Assembly: GCA_049602155.1 (NCBI GenBank)
Contig: JBMYRH010000014.1
Location: 99,860-163,859 of the forward strand
Direction: 5' to 3'
Length of the DNA stretch: 64,000 bases
From: Myxococcota bacterium
GTDB lineage: Bacteria; Myxococcota_A; UBA9042; PHBI01; JBMYRH01
Part shown: positions 53,182-63,623 of the stretch, in pieces
Layout: each line of letters starts with the position of its first letter
Position numbering within the stretch: the stretch's first letter is position 1
The notes under the pieces: model-generated
Told to the model about the DNA's origin: nothing
Seen by the model: only the letters and a program-made list of their open reading frames with translations
Databases searched by the model: none
Position numbers and translations under genes: made by a program

Positions 53182-54099
53182 TTGCTTTTAAGGGAAGACA
53201 TGTCGGAAACACCCCAGGATAAGACGCCAGATGAGCTGACCGGTGAGGAAGGCGAGTCGACCTCCAAGATGGCGACGCTCGACGCAGATGCCCTCGCGGC
53301 GCAGGCGGCGTCTTCTTCAGACGCGCTCGATCTGGATGACGGCTTGGTCACCTCGGCCCCGACTGGGGACGCGATGGGGAGCTTGCTCTCCGACTTGCTT
53401 GAGGAGGCGAAGAAGGAGGTTGAGCGCGAGCGCGCCAGTCTAAAGCAGACCGTGCAAGACAGGCAGACCTCTGAGAAAGAGGCCCAGCAGCGCGAGGAAG
53501 CGCAACGCCGCGAAGCGCTCCAGGAGCAGCTCCGTGAGGAGACCCGCCGTCGTAATGAGGCGCTCATTCGACGTGAACAAGAAGAGGCCGCTGAGCGAAA
53601 GGCTCAGGAGGCCGTCGAGCGCAAGGCGCGCGCCGCTGAAGCGAAGGCACGCCGGGACGCCGCGCCTCCGCCGCCCAAGCCCAAGTCCAAGGCGGGCCTC
53701 TTCGCGGTCGCCGCGATTGTGCTCCTTGGTGGTGGCGGTGGAGCGGCGTATCTGATGCAGCCCCCGCCCGCCGAGATGAAGCTCGGTGACATTGAGTCTC
53801 GCATCGACAACAAGGTCGTGGAGGCGCGGAAGGCTTACGCCGAAGAGCAGAAGGAGAAGGCCCGGCTCGACGCTGAGCGTAAGGCCGCTGAGGCGAAAGC
53901 TGAGGCGCGCATTGCGGCGGAACGCAAGGCCAAGGAAGACGCTGCGCGGGCGAAGGCAGAGGCCGAAGAGAAGGCCGCGGCCGCCAAGGCCGGCAAAGGC
54001 AAGAAGGCGTCGGCGTCCAAGCGGAGCAAGCGCTCCTCAAAGAAGAGCAAGCGTCGCAGGGGCAAGAAGCTCAAGCTGAAGACGAAGAACATCTTCTAG
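53182..54099 (+). CDS. hypothetical membrane-anchored coiled-coil protein (E/K/R/A-rich)
   Basis: An acidic N-terminus, a charged coiled-coil region, one TM helix ([20 protein letters not shown]) and a basic K/R tail. Confidence 0.4.
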   Translation: MLLREDMSETPQDKTPDELTGEEGESTSKMATLDADALAAQAASSSDALDLDDGLVTSAPTGDAMGSLLSDLLEEAKKEVERERASLKQTVQDRQTSEKEAQQREEAQRREALQEQLREETRRRNEALIRREQEEAAERKAQEAVERKARAAEAKARRDAAPPPPKPKSKAGLFAVAAIVLLGGGGGAAYLMQPPPAEMKLGDIESRIDNKVVEARKAYAEEQKEKARLDAERKAAEAKAEARIAAERKAKEDAARAKAEAEEKAAAAKAGKGKKASASKRSKRSSKKSKRRRGKKLKLKTKNIF

Positions 54100-55427
54100 A
54101 GGATGTAGCGCTCCAGATCGGGGTCTTGCAGGATGTCGGTCAGCACGCGGTTGACGAAGGCTGCGTCGACGTTGAGGTGTGCTCCGTCCATGTCTGGGGC
54201 TTGGAAGCTCAGCTCCTCCAGCAGCTTCTCCATCACCGTGTGGAGTCGTCGAGCGCCGATGTTCTCTTGGCGCTCGTTGACGTCGAAGGCGATCTGCGCG
54301 ATCTGCTCGATGCCATCTTGAGTGAACTCTAGGGTGAGGCCTTCTGTCCCGAGCAGGGCCACGTACTGCTTGGTGAGCGCGTTCTCAGGCTCATTCAAGA
54401 TGCGGACGAAGTCGTCCCGGGTCAGGCTCTCGAGCTCGACCCGGATAGGGAAGCGCCCTTGGAGCTCGGGGATCATGTCGCTGACCTGGCTCACGTGGAA
54501 CGCACCGGCTGCGATGAAGAGGATGTGATCCGTCTTCACCATCCCGTGCTTGGTGTTCACTGTGGAGCCCTCCACGATCGGGAGGAGGTCGCGCTGCACA
54601 CCCTCACGGCTGACGTCAGGGCCGTGGTTTGAGGCCTGGCGGCCCGCGACTTTGTCGATCTCGTCGAGGAAGATGATGCCGTTCTGTTGGGCGCGATTGA
54701 GCGCTTCACTCTTCACGGTGTCTTGGTCGACGAGGCGCTGCCCCTCCTCTTGGACCAAGATCTCCATGGCGTCACCGACCTTTAATCGGCGCGTCTTGGT
54801 CTTCTTCGGGAAGAGGTGGCCGAGGCTGTCTTTGAGGTTAATCCCCATCTCCTCCATCCCCGACCCGTTGAAGACCTCCATCATCGGCATCTTGCTCTCA
54901 GTGACCTGGAGCTCGACCTCTTTGTCGTCCATGTACCCTTCACGCAAGAGCTTGCGCAGCTTGTCGCGGGTGGTGGAGGAGCTCTCAGCCTGCTCCTCAT
55001 AGGAGGCCTTCTTGCCGGGCAAGAGCAGCTCAAGCATCCGCTCCTCGGCCGCCTCACGTGCGGCCTCTTGGACCCGCTCGAGCTCCTCCTCTTGGACGAG
55101 CTTGATCGCGACCTCGACGAGGTCTCGGATCATCGACTCAACGTCCCGACCGACGTAGCCAACCTCTGTGAATTTCGAGGCCTCCACCTTGATGAACGGG
55201 GCCCTGGCGAGCTTGGCCAGGCGCCTCGCTATCTCGGTCTTACCGACTCCGGTGGGGCCGATCATCACGATGTTCTTGGGCGTGATCTCGTCCTTGAGGG
55301 GGCCCGTGACTTGCTGGCGCCGCCATCGGTTGCGGAGCGCGATGGCCACCGAGCGCTTCGCGCTGCCCTGGCCGACGATATAACGATCCAGCTCGCTGAC
55401 GAGCTGCTTAGGGGTCTGATCGCTCAC
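54096..55427 (-). CDS. hslU: ATP-dependent protease ATPase subunit HslU
   Basis: The GTG start at 55427 gives (M)[19 protein letters not shown], compared with E. coli [20 protein letters not shown]. The Walker A is [15 protein letters not shown]. Confidence 0.92.
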   Translation of the reverse strand: MSDQTPKQLVSELDRYIVGQGSAKRSVAIALRNRWRRQQVTGPLKDEITPKNIVMIGPTGVGKTEIARRLAKLARAPFIKVEASKFTEVGYVGRDVESMIRDLVEVAIKLVQEEELERVQEAAREAAEERMLELLLPGKKASYEEQAESSSTTRDKLRKLLREGYMDDKEVELQVTESKMPMMEVFNGSGMEEMGINLKDSLGHLFPKKTKTRRLKVGDAMEILVQEEGQRLVDQDTVKSEALNRAQQNGIIFLDEIDKVAGRQASNHGPDVSREGVQRDLLPIVEGSTVNTKHGMVKTDHILFIAAGAFHVSQVSDMIPELQGRFPIRVELESLTRDDFVRILNEPENALTKQYVALLGTEGLTLEFTQDGIEQIAQIAFDVNERQENIGARRLHTVMEKLLEELSFQAPDMDGAHLNVDAAFVNRVLTDILQDPDLERYIL

Positions 55428-55984
55428 TTGGATATCTCCAGAGTCTCCACGGTGAAGTGGTCGTTGGTGTAGATGCATACGTCCGCAGCCACGCGCATCG
55501 CCTCGGTGGCGATCGTCTCTGCGTCGAGGTCGCTGTGGCGCACGAGGGCCAGAGCCGCCGACTCCGCGAACTTGCCGCCCGAGCCGATGGCAGCGACGCC
55601 GTGGTCTGGCTCGATGACGTCTCCCGAGCCGCTGATGACCAGCGTCTCCTCGGTGTTCGCCACGATCAGCAGGGCCTCAAGGCGCCGAAGCATTCGATCG
55701 GTGCGCCAGTCTTTGGCGAGCTCGACGGCGGCTCGGCGGAGGTTGCCGCCGAACTCCTTGAGTTTGCCCTCGAAGCGCTCGAAGAGCGTGAAGGCGTCCG
55801 CTGTCGATCCTGCGAAGCCCGTGATGACAGATCCTTGATGGAGGCGACGGACTTTGCGGGCCGTCCCCTTCATCACGGTGTTGCCTAGGGTGACCTGTCC
55901 GTCGCCGATCACGACCACGTGATCGCCTTTTCGCACAGACAAGATGGTGGTCCCGCGGAAGCCGGGATCAGTGGACGTCGTCAT
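55424..55984 (-). CDS. hslV: ATP-dependent protease subunit HslV
   Basis: [34 protein letters not shown] with the Thr-1 nucleophile context. It overlaps the hslU start by 4 nt. Confidence 0.9.
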   Translation of the reverse strand: MTTSTDPGFRGTTILSVRKGDHVVVIGDGQVTLGNTVMKGTARKVRRLHQGSVITGFAGSTADAFTLFERFEGKLKEFGGNLRRAAVELAKDWRTDRMLRRLEALLIVANTEETLVISGSGDVIEPDHGVAAIGSGGKFAESAALALVRHSDLDAETIATEAMRVAADVCIYTNDHFTVETLEISK

Positions 55985-56927
55985 GAGGGGGGGCTCCTTT
56001 CTCGATCGCCGCTCTCGGGTGCGCGTCGTCATAGGCGCGGACGAGGCGGTCGATACCGATGTGAGTGTAGATCTGAGTCGTCGACAGGCTCGCGTGACCG
56101 AGCAGCTCTTGGATGTGCCGCACATCGACCCCACCGTCGAGGAGGTGAGACGCGAAGGCGTGGCGGATCATGTGGGGGTGGACATGCTGCCCGGCGGCGG
56201 TGCGAAGGAGCTCTCGGTCCAACATGCGCCTGACGCTGCGGTCTGTGAGGCGTCCCCCTCGCTGGTTCAAGAAGAGCGCGCCGTGGTCCCGGACGTAGCC
56301 CCCTTTGCCCAAGAAGACGCCACGCATCGGGATCCAGGCGGCCAGGGCCTCGCAGCAGGCACCGTGAATGGGCACCTGCCGTGTCTTGCGACCCTTGCCC
56401 GTGACGCGGATCCACCCTTGGTCGAGGTCGACCGAGCCGACGTCGCTCCCCACCAGCTCGCTGACGCGGAGGCCTGCAGCGTAGAGCAGCTGCAAGATCG
56501 CGCGGTCGCGGTGAGCCGCGGGCGTCTGAGCGACCGGCCCCTTGAGGAGATCCATCATCGTGTCGATGGGGACCGCCTCGGGCAAAGGGCGCCCTTGGCG
56601 TGGGTTTTGGATGCTGTTCATCGGGGTGTCGTCTCGGAGTCCTTCGCGTACAAGCCATCGGAAAAACGCGCGCAGCGTTGAGAGGCGACGGCTGATCGTC
56701 CTCGCCCCGACCCGCTTGGCCAGATCGGCAACGTAGGCACGCATTCGGAGCGGGTCAACGGCCAGAAGGTCGACCCCCGGGCTGCGCTCACTCAAGAAGC
56801 CCTCGAGGTCGCGGAGGTCGACATCCACCGCCCGCAAGGTGTGCGGGGATGCGTTGCGCACGGTGCGCAGGAAGGTGCCGTAGTCGAGGCGATGAGAGGT
56901 GGGAGTGGGACCGGCCATGGCCCTCAT
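55968..56927 (-). CDS. xerC: tyrosine recombinase XerC
   Basis: A core-binding N-domain, then catalytic R...HxxR...Y ([30 protein letters not shown]). It sits immediately upstream of hslVU, the classic xerC-hslVU arrangement. Confidence 0.8.
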   Translation of the reverse strand: MRAMAGPTPTSHRLDYGTFLRTVRNASPHTLRAVDVDLRDLEGFLSERSPGVDLLAVDPLRMRAYVADLAKRVGARTISRRLSTLRAFFRWLVREGLRDDTPMNSIQNPRQGRPLPEAVPIDTMMDLLKGPVAQTPAAHRDRAILQLLYAAGLRVSELVGSDVGSVDLDQGWIRVTGKGRKTRQVPIHGACCEALAAWIPMRGVFLGKGGYVRDHGALFLNQRGGRLTDRSVRRMLDRELLRTAAGQHVHPHMIRHAFASHLLDGGVDVRHIQELLGHASLSTTQIYTHIGIDRLVRAYDDAHPRAAIEKGAPPHDDVH

Positions 56928-56965
56928 GCTATCCTAAGCGCGCATGACCGCCAGAAGGTGAACCC

Positions 56966-57334
56966 GTGGGGATCTTCGACCGCCTCAGCCGCCTCGCGAA
57001 AGCTGAGGCCAATCATCTCTTCGATTCCGCCAGTGACGCGGCTGACGATCTCTTTACCGGTACGGGCTCCAGCCGCCCGAACCCTGTGGAGCCTGCCGCA
57101 GAGCCTTCAAGCGAGTGGCCCCGGCAGGTTGAAGAGGACTATGCCTCCCTCGAGCTCCCCTTGGGGGCAGATCGAGAGGCGGTCAAAGACGCCTACCGCC
57201 TGATGATGCGGCGCTACCACCCCGACCGCCATCATGACGAGCCAGAGAAGGCTAAGTTGGCGAATGAGCTGACGGTGCGCCTCCGGCAAAGCTACGAACG
57301 CCTCGACGCTTACCTCGCCAAGAAGACCCCCTAG
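56966..57334 (+). CDS. small J-domain (DnaJ-like) protein
   Basis: DREAVKDAYRLMMRRYHPDRHHDE contains the HPD tripeptide in a J-domain helix II/III context. Confidence 0.45.
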   Translation: MGIFDRLSRLAKAEANHLFDSASDAADDLFTGTGSSRPNPVEPAAEPSSEWPRQVEEDYASLELPLGADREAVKDAYRLMMRRYHPDRHHDEPEKAKLANELTVRLRQSYERLDAYLAKKTP

Positions 57335-57353
57335 ATATCGTCGCTCTCGGTGG

Positions 57354-58628
57354 GTGAATTCCCCCGCCACTCCTGCTAGGGTCAGGTCCATGGAGACACT
57401 CTTCCCAGACCTGTCGACCGACGCAGTGCTCAGCCGCGCTCGCGCTCACTACACCGCCAACTACCGGCAGCAGCCCTTTGTGCTCGTCCGTGGTGAAGGG
57501 CCGTGGGTTTGGGATCGGGATGGCAACCGCTACTTGGACTTCATCGCCGGCATCGCGGTCAGCTCTTTGGGGCATGCGCACCCGGCCTTGGTCAAGGCGA
57601 TCCGCGAGCAGGCAGACGCCCTGATCCACACCTCAGGGCTGTATCATAATGAGCCCGCAGTCGCGGTCATGGACATGCTGACCGAGCTGAGCTTCGCGGA
57701 CCGGGTCTTCTTCGGAAACAGCGGGGCGGAGGCCAACGAGGCGGCGCTGAAGATCTGTCGCCGCTACTGGACGATGGTCAAAGAGCGCCCAGAGAAGACG
57801 CAGGTGCTCGCCTTCGAGAAGAGCTTCCATGGCCGCACGTTCGCTACCCTCACGGCCACCGGTCAGCCGAAGTATCACAAAGGGTTTGAGCCACTCCTGC
57901 CTGGCTTCCATTATGCCCCATTCGGTGACCTCGACGCTGTGAAAGCAAAGCTGGAGGCCGCCAACGGTGCCATCGGCACGGTCATCATTGAGCCCGTCCA
58001 ATGTGAGGGCGGCCTGAACGTCCCAGACGACGCGTACCTCAAAGGGATCCGCGCGCTCTGTGACGCCCACGAGGCGCTGCTCATCTTTGATGAGGTCCAG
58101 ACAGGGGTCGGCCGCACAGGCGAGTGGTTCTGCCACCAAATCTCGGGGGTCACGCCAGACGTCATGACCCTCGCCAAGGGCCTCGGCGGCGGCGTGCCAG
58201 TGGGCGCGATGTGCTGCACCGAGGAGGTCGGTCAGGGCTTCGTGCCCGGGGCCCACGCGTCGACCTTCGGGGGCAACCCCTTGGCGACCCGCGCGGCCCT
58301 CGCGGTCTTGACCACGATCCGCGATGACGGGCTCCTCGACCACGTGTATGAGACCGGTGAGATGTTGGCCAAAGGGCTGAAGCACCTGATCAGCGCACAC
58401 CCCGAGCGGTGTGTGGAGGCGCGCGGGCACGGCTTGCTCCGCGGACTTGAGTTAACCGGCGACGATCCTCAGCTCTTGGGCCGAATTGTGGCCTATTGTC
58501 GTGATCGGGGACTGCTCATTAACGGCATCGCTGGTAAGGTGTTACGGATGACGCCCCCACTGATCATCGAGCGCGGCCATGTTCGCTTCGCTCTAGACGT
58601 CCTGGATGAAGCCCTTGGCACCGCGTAA
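57354..58628 (+). CDS. argD: acetylornithine aminotransferase (class III PLP aminotransferase)
   Basis: LIFDEVQTGVGRTGEWF, a PLP Lys region TLAKGLGGG, and overall ArgD-like layout. Confidence 0.8.
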   Translation: MNSPATPARVRSMETLFPDLSTDAVLSRARAHYTANYRQQPFVLVRGEGPWVWDRDGNRYLDFIAGIAVSSLGHAHPALVKAIREQADALIHTSGLYHNEPAVAVMDMLTELSFADRVFFGNSGAEANEAALKICRRYWTMVKERPEKTQVLAFEKSFHGRTFATLTATGQPKYHKGFEPLLPGFHYAPFGDLDAVKAKLEAANGAIGTVIIEPVQCEGGLNVPDDAYLKGIRALCDAHEALLIFDEVQTGVGRTGEWFCHQISGVTPDVMTLAKGLGGGVPVGAMCCTEEVGQGFVPGAHASTFGGNPLATRAALAVLTTIRDDGLLDHVYETGEMLAKGLKHLISAHPERCVEARGHGLLRGLELTGDDPQLLGRIVAYCRDRGLLINGIAGKVLRMTPPLIIERGHVRFALDVLDEALGTA

Positions 58629-58686
58629 ACACACCAACATTGAGGCGCCCGCGCCCGCTGTGAAGCAGCCCCAGGAGGCGGTCACC

Positions 58687-59517
58687 ATGACCACTCCGCA
58701 GGAGGTCTTCTTGGGTGTGTTGACCCCGGCGCTGAGTGACCTCGCGGTCTTGACGCGTGTCGACGTCATCATGGAAGAGGATCGCCGCAGCCAAGCTGAG
58801 GTGAGCGGCCGCTGGGAGCACTTGGCTCCGGTGGTGAAGGCCTTCTATGACCGCATGGGCCAAGAGCCGGCGGCGCCAGCAAGCCTTGAGCCAGCAGCGC
58901 TGCCCATTCACGACTCAGGGCCCCCTGATGTGCCCCTACCCCCTGATCCAGGGGAGCTCTCCTTGAGCGCCGAGGAGGAACCCGTGACGCATGACGCCAC
59001 TGAGGATGAGACAGAGGAAGAGCTCGAAGACGACGGAGAAGAGGACTCAGCCGGGGTCCTCGCGGGGCCTGGTCGAGTCGACTCCGAATCGCATGAGCGT
59101 CTTCAGACTGAGGGCGCCGGAGACGGATTGAATGAGGCGGCTCGTATGCTCTACGACGACGTCTTGTGGCTCTTCAGTATCAACGACGGGGAGGGCGCGC
59201 TGATCTCCTTAGAGCGCCTCCTGACGATCGGCCAGATCGACGAAGAGGTCGCCGAGTTCCTCGACCTCAATGGCGACAGGCTGCTCGGTCTGTACGAAGG
59301 CTATATCGGCCCCTTTAATAAGGTCGTCTTCCGAGGCGACACGACACCCGAATCGATGCCTGAGGGGTACCTCTCCCGGGGGGAGTTCGACCGGCTCTAC
59401 GCCATGGTCGATGGGCAGCGCACCATCGGTGACCTGATCGACGCCAGCGCGCGAACGCCGCTGGAGACGTGCGCCTCGATTGAGCAGTTGCACCGGGCGC
59501 GTTTGCTCGCGCTTTGA
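58687..59517 (+). CDS. hypothetical acidic protein
   Basis: The ORF shows coding periodicity but no recognisable motifs. The start is chosen at MTTPQEV, after the argD stop. Confidence 0.35.
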   Translation: MTTPQEVFLGVLTPALSDLAVLTRVDVIMEEDRRSQAEVSGRWEHLAPVVKAFYDRMGQEPAAPASLEPAALPIHDSGPPDVPLPPDPGELSLSAEEEPVTHDATEDETEEELEDDGEEDSAGVLAGPGRVDSESHERLQTEGAGDGLNEAARMLYDDVLWLFSINDGEGALISLERLLTIGQIDEEVAEFLDLNGDRLLGLYEGYIGPFNKVVFRGDTTPESMPEGYLSRGEFDRLYAMVDGQRTIGDLIDASARTPLETCASIEQLHRARLLAL

Positions 59518-59521
59518 GGCG

Positions 59522-60142
59522 CTAGCTCACGTAGCGCGAGGCCAGCGCTGTGATCAGCTGATCCGTCGCCTCTATCAACGCCTCTAGTGAGCCATCGTTG
59601 CGCAACACGATGTCGGCGCGGGCCTCCCGCGTGGCGTTGTCTGTCTGCGCTGCGAGTCGTTGACGCGCTTCGGGTTCAGTCAGGCCATCCCGGGCCATGA
59701 CGCGGCTGACCTGAGTCTCGGGATCACAGAGCACTACGATCAGCTGACTGAGGTGAGGGGCGAGGTTGTGCTCCACGATCAGCGCGGCCTCATAGATCGC
59801 CCATCGGTGACCATCATCAGCGAGCGCTTGGGCATGTTCACCGACGCGCGTCATGATGGCTGGGTGGGTGATCGCATTCAGCGCGGCCAACTCTCGCGGG
59901 TCGGCGAACACGATCGCGCCGAGTCCCTTTCGATCCAACGTCCCATCCGCCTGGATGACCTGAGGGCCAAAGCGCGCCGCGATAGCATTCAGTGCATCTT
60001 CGCCGGGTTCGACGACCTCACGGGCGACTTGATCCGCATCGATCACTGGGACACCGGCTGCCCGCAGCTGCGTCGCCACCGTGCTTTTACCCGACGCGAT
60101 GCCCCCGGTAAGGCCGATCAAAGTTAGGGCTGGTGTGCTCAT
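59522..60142 (-). CDS. coaE: dephospho-CoA kinase
   Basis: MSTPALTLIGLTGGIASGKSTVATQL is the P-loop of CoaE, and the length is about 200 aa. Confidence 0.85.
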   Translation of the reverse strand: MSTPALTLIGLTGGIASGKSTVATQLRAAGVPVIDADQVAREVVEPGEDALNAIAARFGPQVIQADGTLDRKGLGAIVFADPRELAALNAITHPAIMTRVGEHAQALADDGHRWAIYEAALIVEHNLAPHLSQLIVVLCDPETQVSRVMARDGLTEPEARQRLAAQTDNATREARADIVLRNDGSLEALIEATDQLITALASRYVS

Positions 60143-60292
60143 ACGAGCAGGCTGGCATACGTGCCCTCGTCCCGCCAGCGTTGCAGACAGTTGGATGTGG
60201 GTGGTAAGGGTCGCCGAGTGACGGCGACAGACACAGAATCCAAACGCTCCGACGAGGTCGCGATCACGCCCTTTGGCCTCGTCTGGGATCTC

Positions 60293-61543
60293 ATGACGTC
60301 CCCAGTGACGTTCATGTTGAACAGCAGCGTGCTAGGCATCCTCATCGCCCTTGGCACCTATGTCGGCCAGGGGATGACGGAAGATGAGCTGCTGCTAGAG
60401 CGCACCTTTGCGGGCACGCGCGCGCTCCTCGGCCTGGGCCTCAACGATCTCACCCAGTCCTGGCTGGTCTGGCTGATGTCCCTCCTCGTCCTCCTCAACC
60501 TCGTCGGGATCGCCCTACGCCACATTGGCCTCACACCGCTGGCTCAACGCCGATGGGAGGGCCCTGGGGTGGGGTACGCGAGCTGGGATGATCCACGGAC
60601 GATCGATGAGCTTCGGGGCGCGCTAAAGAGCACCCTGGGACACACCGCCCAGCGTGGGGCCGCCGTCGTCTCACGCAGGGGCTACTGGTTGGAGGGCCTG
60701 TGTGTCGTCTCCGTCGGCGCCCTTTGCCTGCTGTCCGCGCTGATCATCACCGCCTCGAGCGGCATGGAGGCGCGCCTCGGCCTGCCAGGTGGTGGCCCTG
60801 CGCCCTCCGCAGACGCCGCCCCAACCTTGGCCGTCCGTGTGCTCGAAGATGGCATGTGGATCGAGCGACAGCTGCCCTTCACAGCCCGCTGCACCGAGAC
60901 AGCGCTGGTGGATCCACGACGGGGGTGGCGTTGCACCCTGGCTCGCACGGTCTCAGGCCCACCCGGTGCACCGCCCGTGGTGGATGAGGTCGCGCTCAAC
61001 CTTGGCCCTCAGTGGCCGGCAGACGCCTTTGGCCTGACCTTCCACATCGACCGCGAGCGTCCGACGCCAGGGCAGCCTGGGCGGCTGCGCATCGTGGATC
61101 GGGCGAGCGCGACCGAGAAGTTGGTCTACAGCGGCCCCGCAGGGCGCACCGCGACCCTGCCTGATGGGCACGCGTTGACGACCTTCGCCGGCCCAGATGG
61201 GCCCCTGGTCGTGGTCACGCCTCCGGACGCTCCGTCCTACCTCCTGACCCCCGCGGTCGACGCCTACGCGGCGCCTGCCCAGGTCGGTGAGGCGGCGTTG
61301 GCGGCGGTCAGCCCGTGGTGGCTGACCTTGCGCGCGTCCCGTCGACCGGGCGGTGCGCTGCTCTGGACTGGGCTTGGGCTTGTGTTGCTCGGCCTCTTGG
61401 TCCTGATCGTCCCCCGTCATGTTGTAGTCGTCGCTCAGCCGGGGGACGGCGGTGTGACGGTGCGGGCATGGTCATTCAATCGATCGGGTGCGGCCGCAGA
61501 GTTGCAGAGCGCCCTCTCATCACCGACAGGGGGCACCTCATGA
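60293..61543 (+). CDS. hypothetical membrane protein (N-terminal TM helices, large extracytoplasmic domain)
   Basis: MTSPVTFMLNSSVLGILIALGTYVG TM helix, and a second TM near the C-terminus. The start may instead be at 60161. Confidence 0.35.
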   Translation: MTSPVTFMLNSSVLGILIALGTYVGQGMTEDELLLERTFAGTRALLGLGLNDLTQSWLVWLMSLLVLLNLVGIALRHIGLTPLAQRRWEGPGVGYASWDDPRTIDELRGALKSTLGHTAQRGAAVVSRRGYWLEGLCVVSVGALCLLSALIITASSGMEARLGLPGGGPAPSADAAPTLAVRVLEDGMWIERQLPFTARCTETALVDPRRGWRCTLARTVSGPPGAPPVVDEVALNLGPQWPADAFGLTFHIDRERPTPGQPGRLRIVDRASATEKLVYSGPAGRTATLPDGHALTTFAGPDGPLVVVTPPDAPSYLLTPAVDAYAAPAQVGEAALAAVSPWWLTLRASRRPGGALLWTGLGLVLLGLLVLIVPRHVVVVAQPGDGGVTVRAWSFNRSGAAAELQSALSSPTGGTS

Positions 61544-62700
61544 TGGGGCGCCTCATCGCTGTCGTCCTCGCAGCGTCTGCGGTCGCCGTCGAGGTGACCG
61601 GGTCGTCGCCTGGGGGCCCAGGTTTTAGCCTCGCCCTCGCGGCGCTCATCGCGTCGCATCGAACGACCGGTGCCCTGGCGAGCCTCTTGGCCGTCGCGGC
61701 GCTGGGGGTCAGCTTGGGCGACGGGGACCCGACGCTCTTGAGCCCGATGGCGTGGCTAGGGCACGTGATGCTCGGGGTGGCCATGGGGGTCGTGGCGCGG
61801 CACGCGGATGGCCCGACCGTCAGGGCGTCTTACGGGCAGCCCTCGGTGCTCTTGGTGGGCATCATCGCGATGGCGGCCTTCACGGCCATCCTCCCTGATG
61901 GCCTCGTCCATTGGATGAATGCCGACGGGACCCCGCTACAGCTCAGTATGACGCTGTCTGAGCCTGCATCAGCCAAGCAGCTGCCGGTGCTCGTGCCGGC
62001 GACCCTCGCGTATGCGGCGCCGCTCGCTGCGATCAGCGACTGGGCGATCTGGCTCGCTGCCCTCGCTGGCCTCCTAGTGACGCTCTCTGCCCTGATGACG
62101 CAGGGGCTGATGACGCGAGTCGCGACCGCGAGCGTGGTGATCCTCGCCGCGGCCTTGGTCACACCGGCCGTCGCTGACTTGGTTGAGCTCGCGGGTGGTG
62201 GCCCTGTCGCTCTCCCGTCTGCCGCCGAATTGATCGTTGAGCTGGGCTGGACCTCGGGTGGGGTCACTGGGCTCACCCTTCAGTCGCTGCCCGAGCAAGG
62301 CCACCTGACCTTCGCGTCACGGCCAGTCACGAGCACACTCCGCCTGGCGATTGGCTTGGCTCTGTTGCTGTGGCTGTGGACCCGCCGCACGGGGCGACCG
62401 GCCCTGAATGTTCAGCCCGTCGCGCAGTCGTGGACTTGGGTGGGCGTGGCAGCTGGGCTCGTGGCCTGGTTTGGCTTCATGGCCTTCGTGAGCGGAGCGC
62501 GCGCGGATGCCGTCGCGCCGTGGGGCCCTGACCCTGTCGCATACAGCGCCCTCGCGGGCGCCGTGATCGTCTTCGCGGCGGGCATCGGCGGCCTCTTTGA
62601 TGAGCGCTCGGCGCGCTGGGCGACCGCGCTCGAGCTCCTCGCGTTGGGGATCTGGTGTTGTGGGCTCGTCGCGCCGACCGCTGGGTGGTTGTCGGTGTGA
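61540..62700 (+). CDS. hypothetical polytopic membrane protein (Ala/Leu/Gly-rich)
   Basis: The ATG overlaps the upstream stop (ATGA). It has about 10 hydrophobic helices. Confidence 0.35.
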   Translation: MMGRLIAVVLAASAVAVEVTGSSPGGPGFSLALAALIASHRTTGALASLLAVAALGVSLGDGDPTLLSPMAWLGHVMLGVAMGVVARHADGPTVRASYGQPSVLLVGIIAMAAFTAILPDGLVHWMNADGTPLQLSMTLSEPASAKQLPVLVPATLAYAAPLAAISDWAIWLAALAGLLVTLSALMTQGLMTRVATASVVILAAALVTPAVADLVELAGGGPVALPSAAELIVELGWTSGGVTGLTLQSLPEQGHLTFASRPVTSTLRLAIGLALLLWLWTRRTGRPALNVQPVAQSWTWVGVAAGLVAWFGFMAFVSGARADAVAPWGPDPVAYSALAGAVIVFAAGIGGLFDERSARWATALELLALGIWCCGLVAPTAGWLSV

Positions 62701-62780
62701 GTGAGCTCGATCCGTTCACGCCGAAGCTCTCCTCCAATCGCGCCCGCCTCTCACGGCGACCTCGGCGCTCTAATCCGCTG

Positions 62781-63620
62781 ATGATGCTGATCGTGGCCTC
62801 CGCTGTGCTCTCACTCATCGGGTGGGCTTGGTACGCGGTGTTCAGCCCGCTGTTCGAAGATCCGCAGAGCTGGATCGCGAAAGAGCGCACCATGCGCAGG
62901 GCGGTCGTTGAGGTGCTCACCGGCAGCGTCGAGCAAGACACCGGCGCGTCGTCGCTGACCCCGTGGCCCCCGCCCCTCGATGGCACTCAGCGGGAGCTCG
63001 TCGCTTGCGCCGAGGCTCAGGTGGCCCGAGGGGTGCGACTTTCGACCTCCTATCACGCGGTGGCGTACCCCTGGGGGGACCTCTCGGACTACCTTGGGGG
63101 CTCTCCGGACCTGATCGTACGCTGTCTACGGGCTGTGGGGCTCGATCTCCAGCAGCTGATCCACATCGATCGCGCCAAGCACCCCCGCCGCTATCCGCTG
63201 CACCTCTGGTCAGCCTCGCGACCCGACCGCAGCATCGATCATCGCCGCCTGGCGAACCTCCATGTCTTCGCCCGCACCTTCGCTGAGGTCCTGCCTACCG
63301 TCGCAGACACGGTGGAGAAGCGCGCGGCGTTTCACCCCGGCGACCTCGTCTTCTGGACGAGCAACGCAGGCGGCGAGCACCCCAGCTTGGCGGGGCTCGT
63401 GCTCGACCGCCGAAACAGCGAGGGCCAGCCCCTCGTCACGACGCTGGTCCCCTCAGAGCGCGTGATGAGCGACACACATGTGCTGACCGATTGGCCGATC
63501 ACGGGCCACTTTCGCGTCAAGCCTGGCGACCTGCTGGAGCGCTTCTTAGACACCAACCCCCACGCCACCCTTAAGCCTCGCCCTCCTAAAGAGACCGCGG
63601 GCGCCAGCCAAGGGAGCTGA
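62781..63620 (+). CDS. hypothetical protein with an N-terminal TM anchor (possibly DUF1287-like)
   Basis: The internal Met gives MMLIVASAVLSLIGWAWYAV. A conserved-looking YPWGD...HPGDLVFW segment follows. Confidence 0.3.
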   Translation: MMLIVASAVLSLIGWAWYAVFSPLFEDPQSWIAKERTMRRAVVEVLTGSVEQDTGASSLTPWPPPLDGTQRELVACAEAQVARGVRLSTSYHAVAYPWGDLSDYLGGSPDLIVRCLRAVGLDLQQLIHIDRAKHPRRYPLHLWSASRPDRSIDHRRLANLHVFARTFAEVLPTVADTVEKRAAFHPGDLVFWTSNAGGEHPSLAGLVLDRRNSEGQPLVTTLVPSERVMSDTHVLTDWPITGHFRVKPGDLLERFLDTNPHATLKPRPPKETAGASQGS

Positions 63621-63623
63621 GCC

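Noticed and set aside
55968-56927. xerC as a possible integrase of a mobile element
   Set aside because: There is no flanking tRNA, no direct repeats, and no phage or IS genes nearby. It sits in the conserved xerC-hslVU housekeeping context, so it is a chromosomal dimer-resolution recombinase.
57633-58430. 265-aa minus ORF antisense to argD
   Set aside because: It sits opposite the class-III aminotransferase, which has a clear PLP-region motif.
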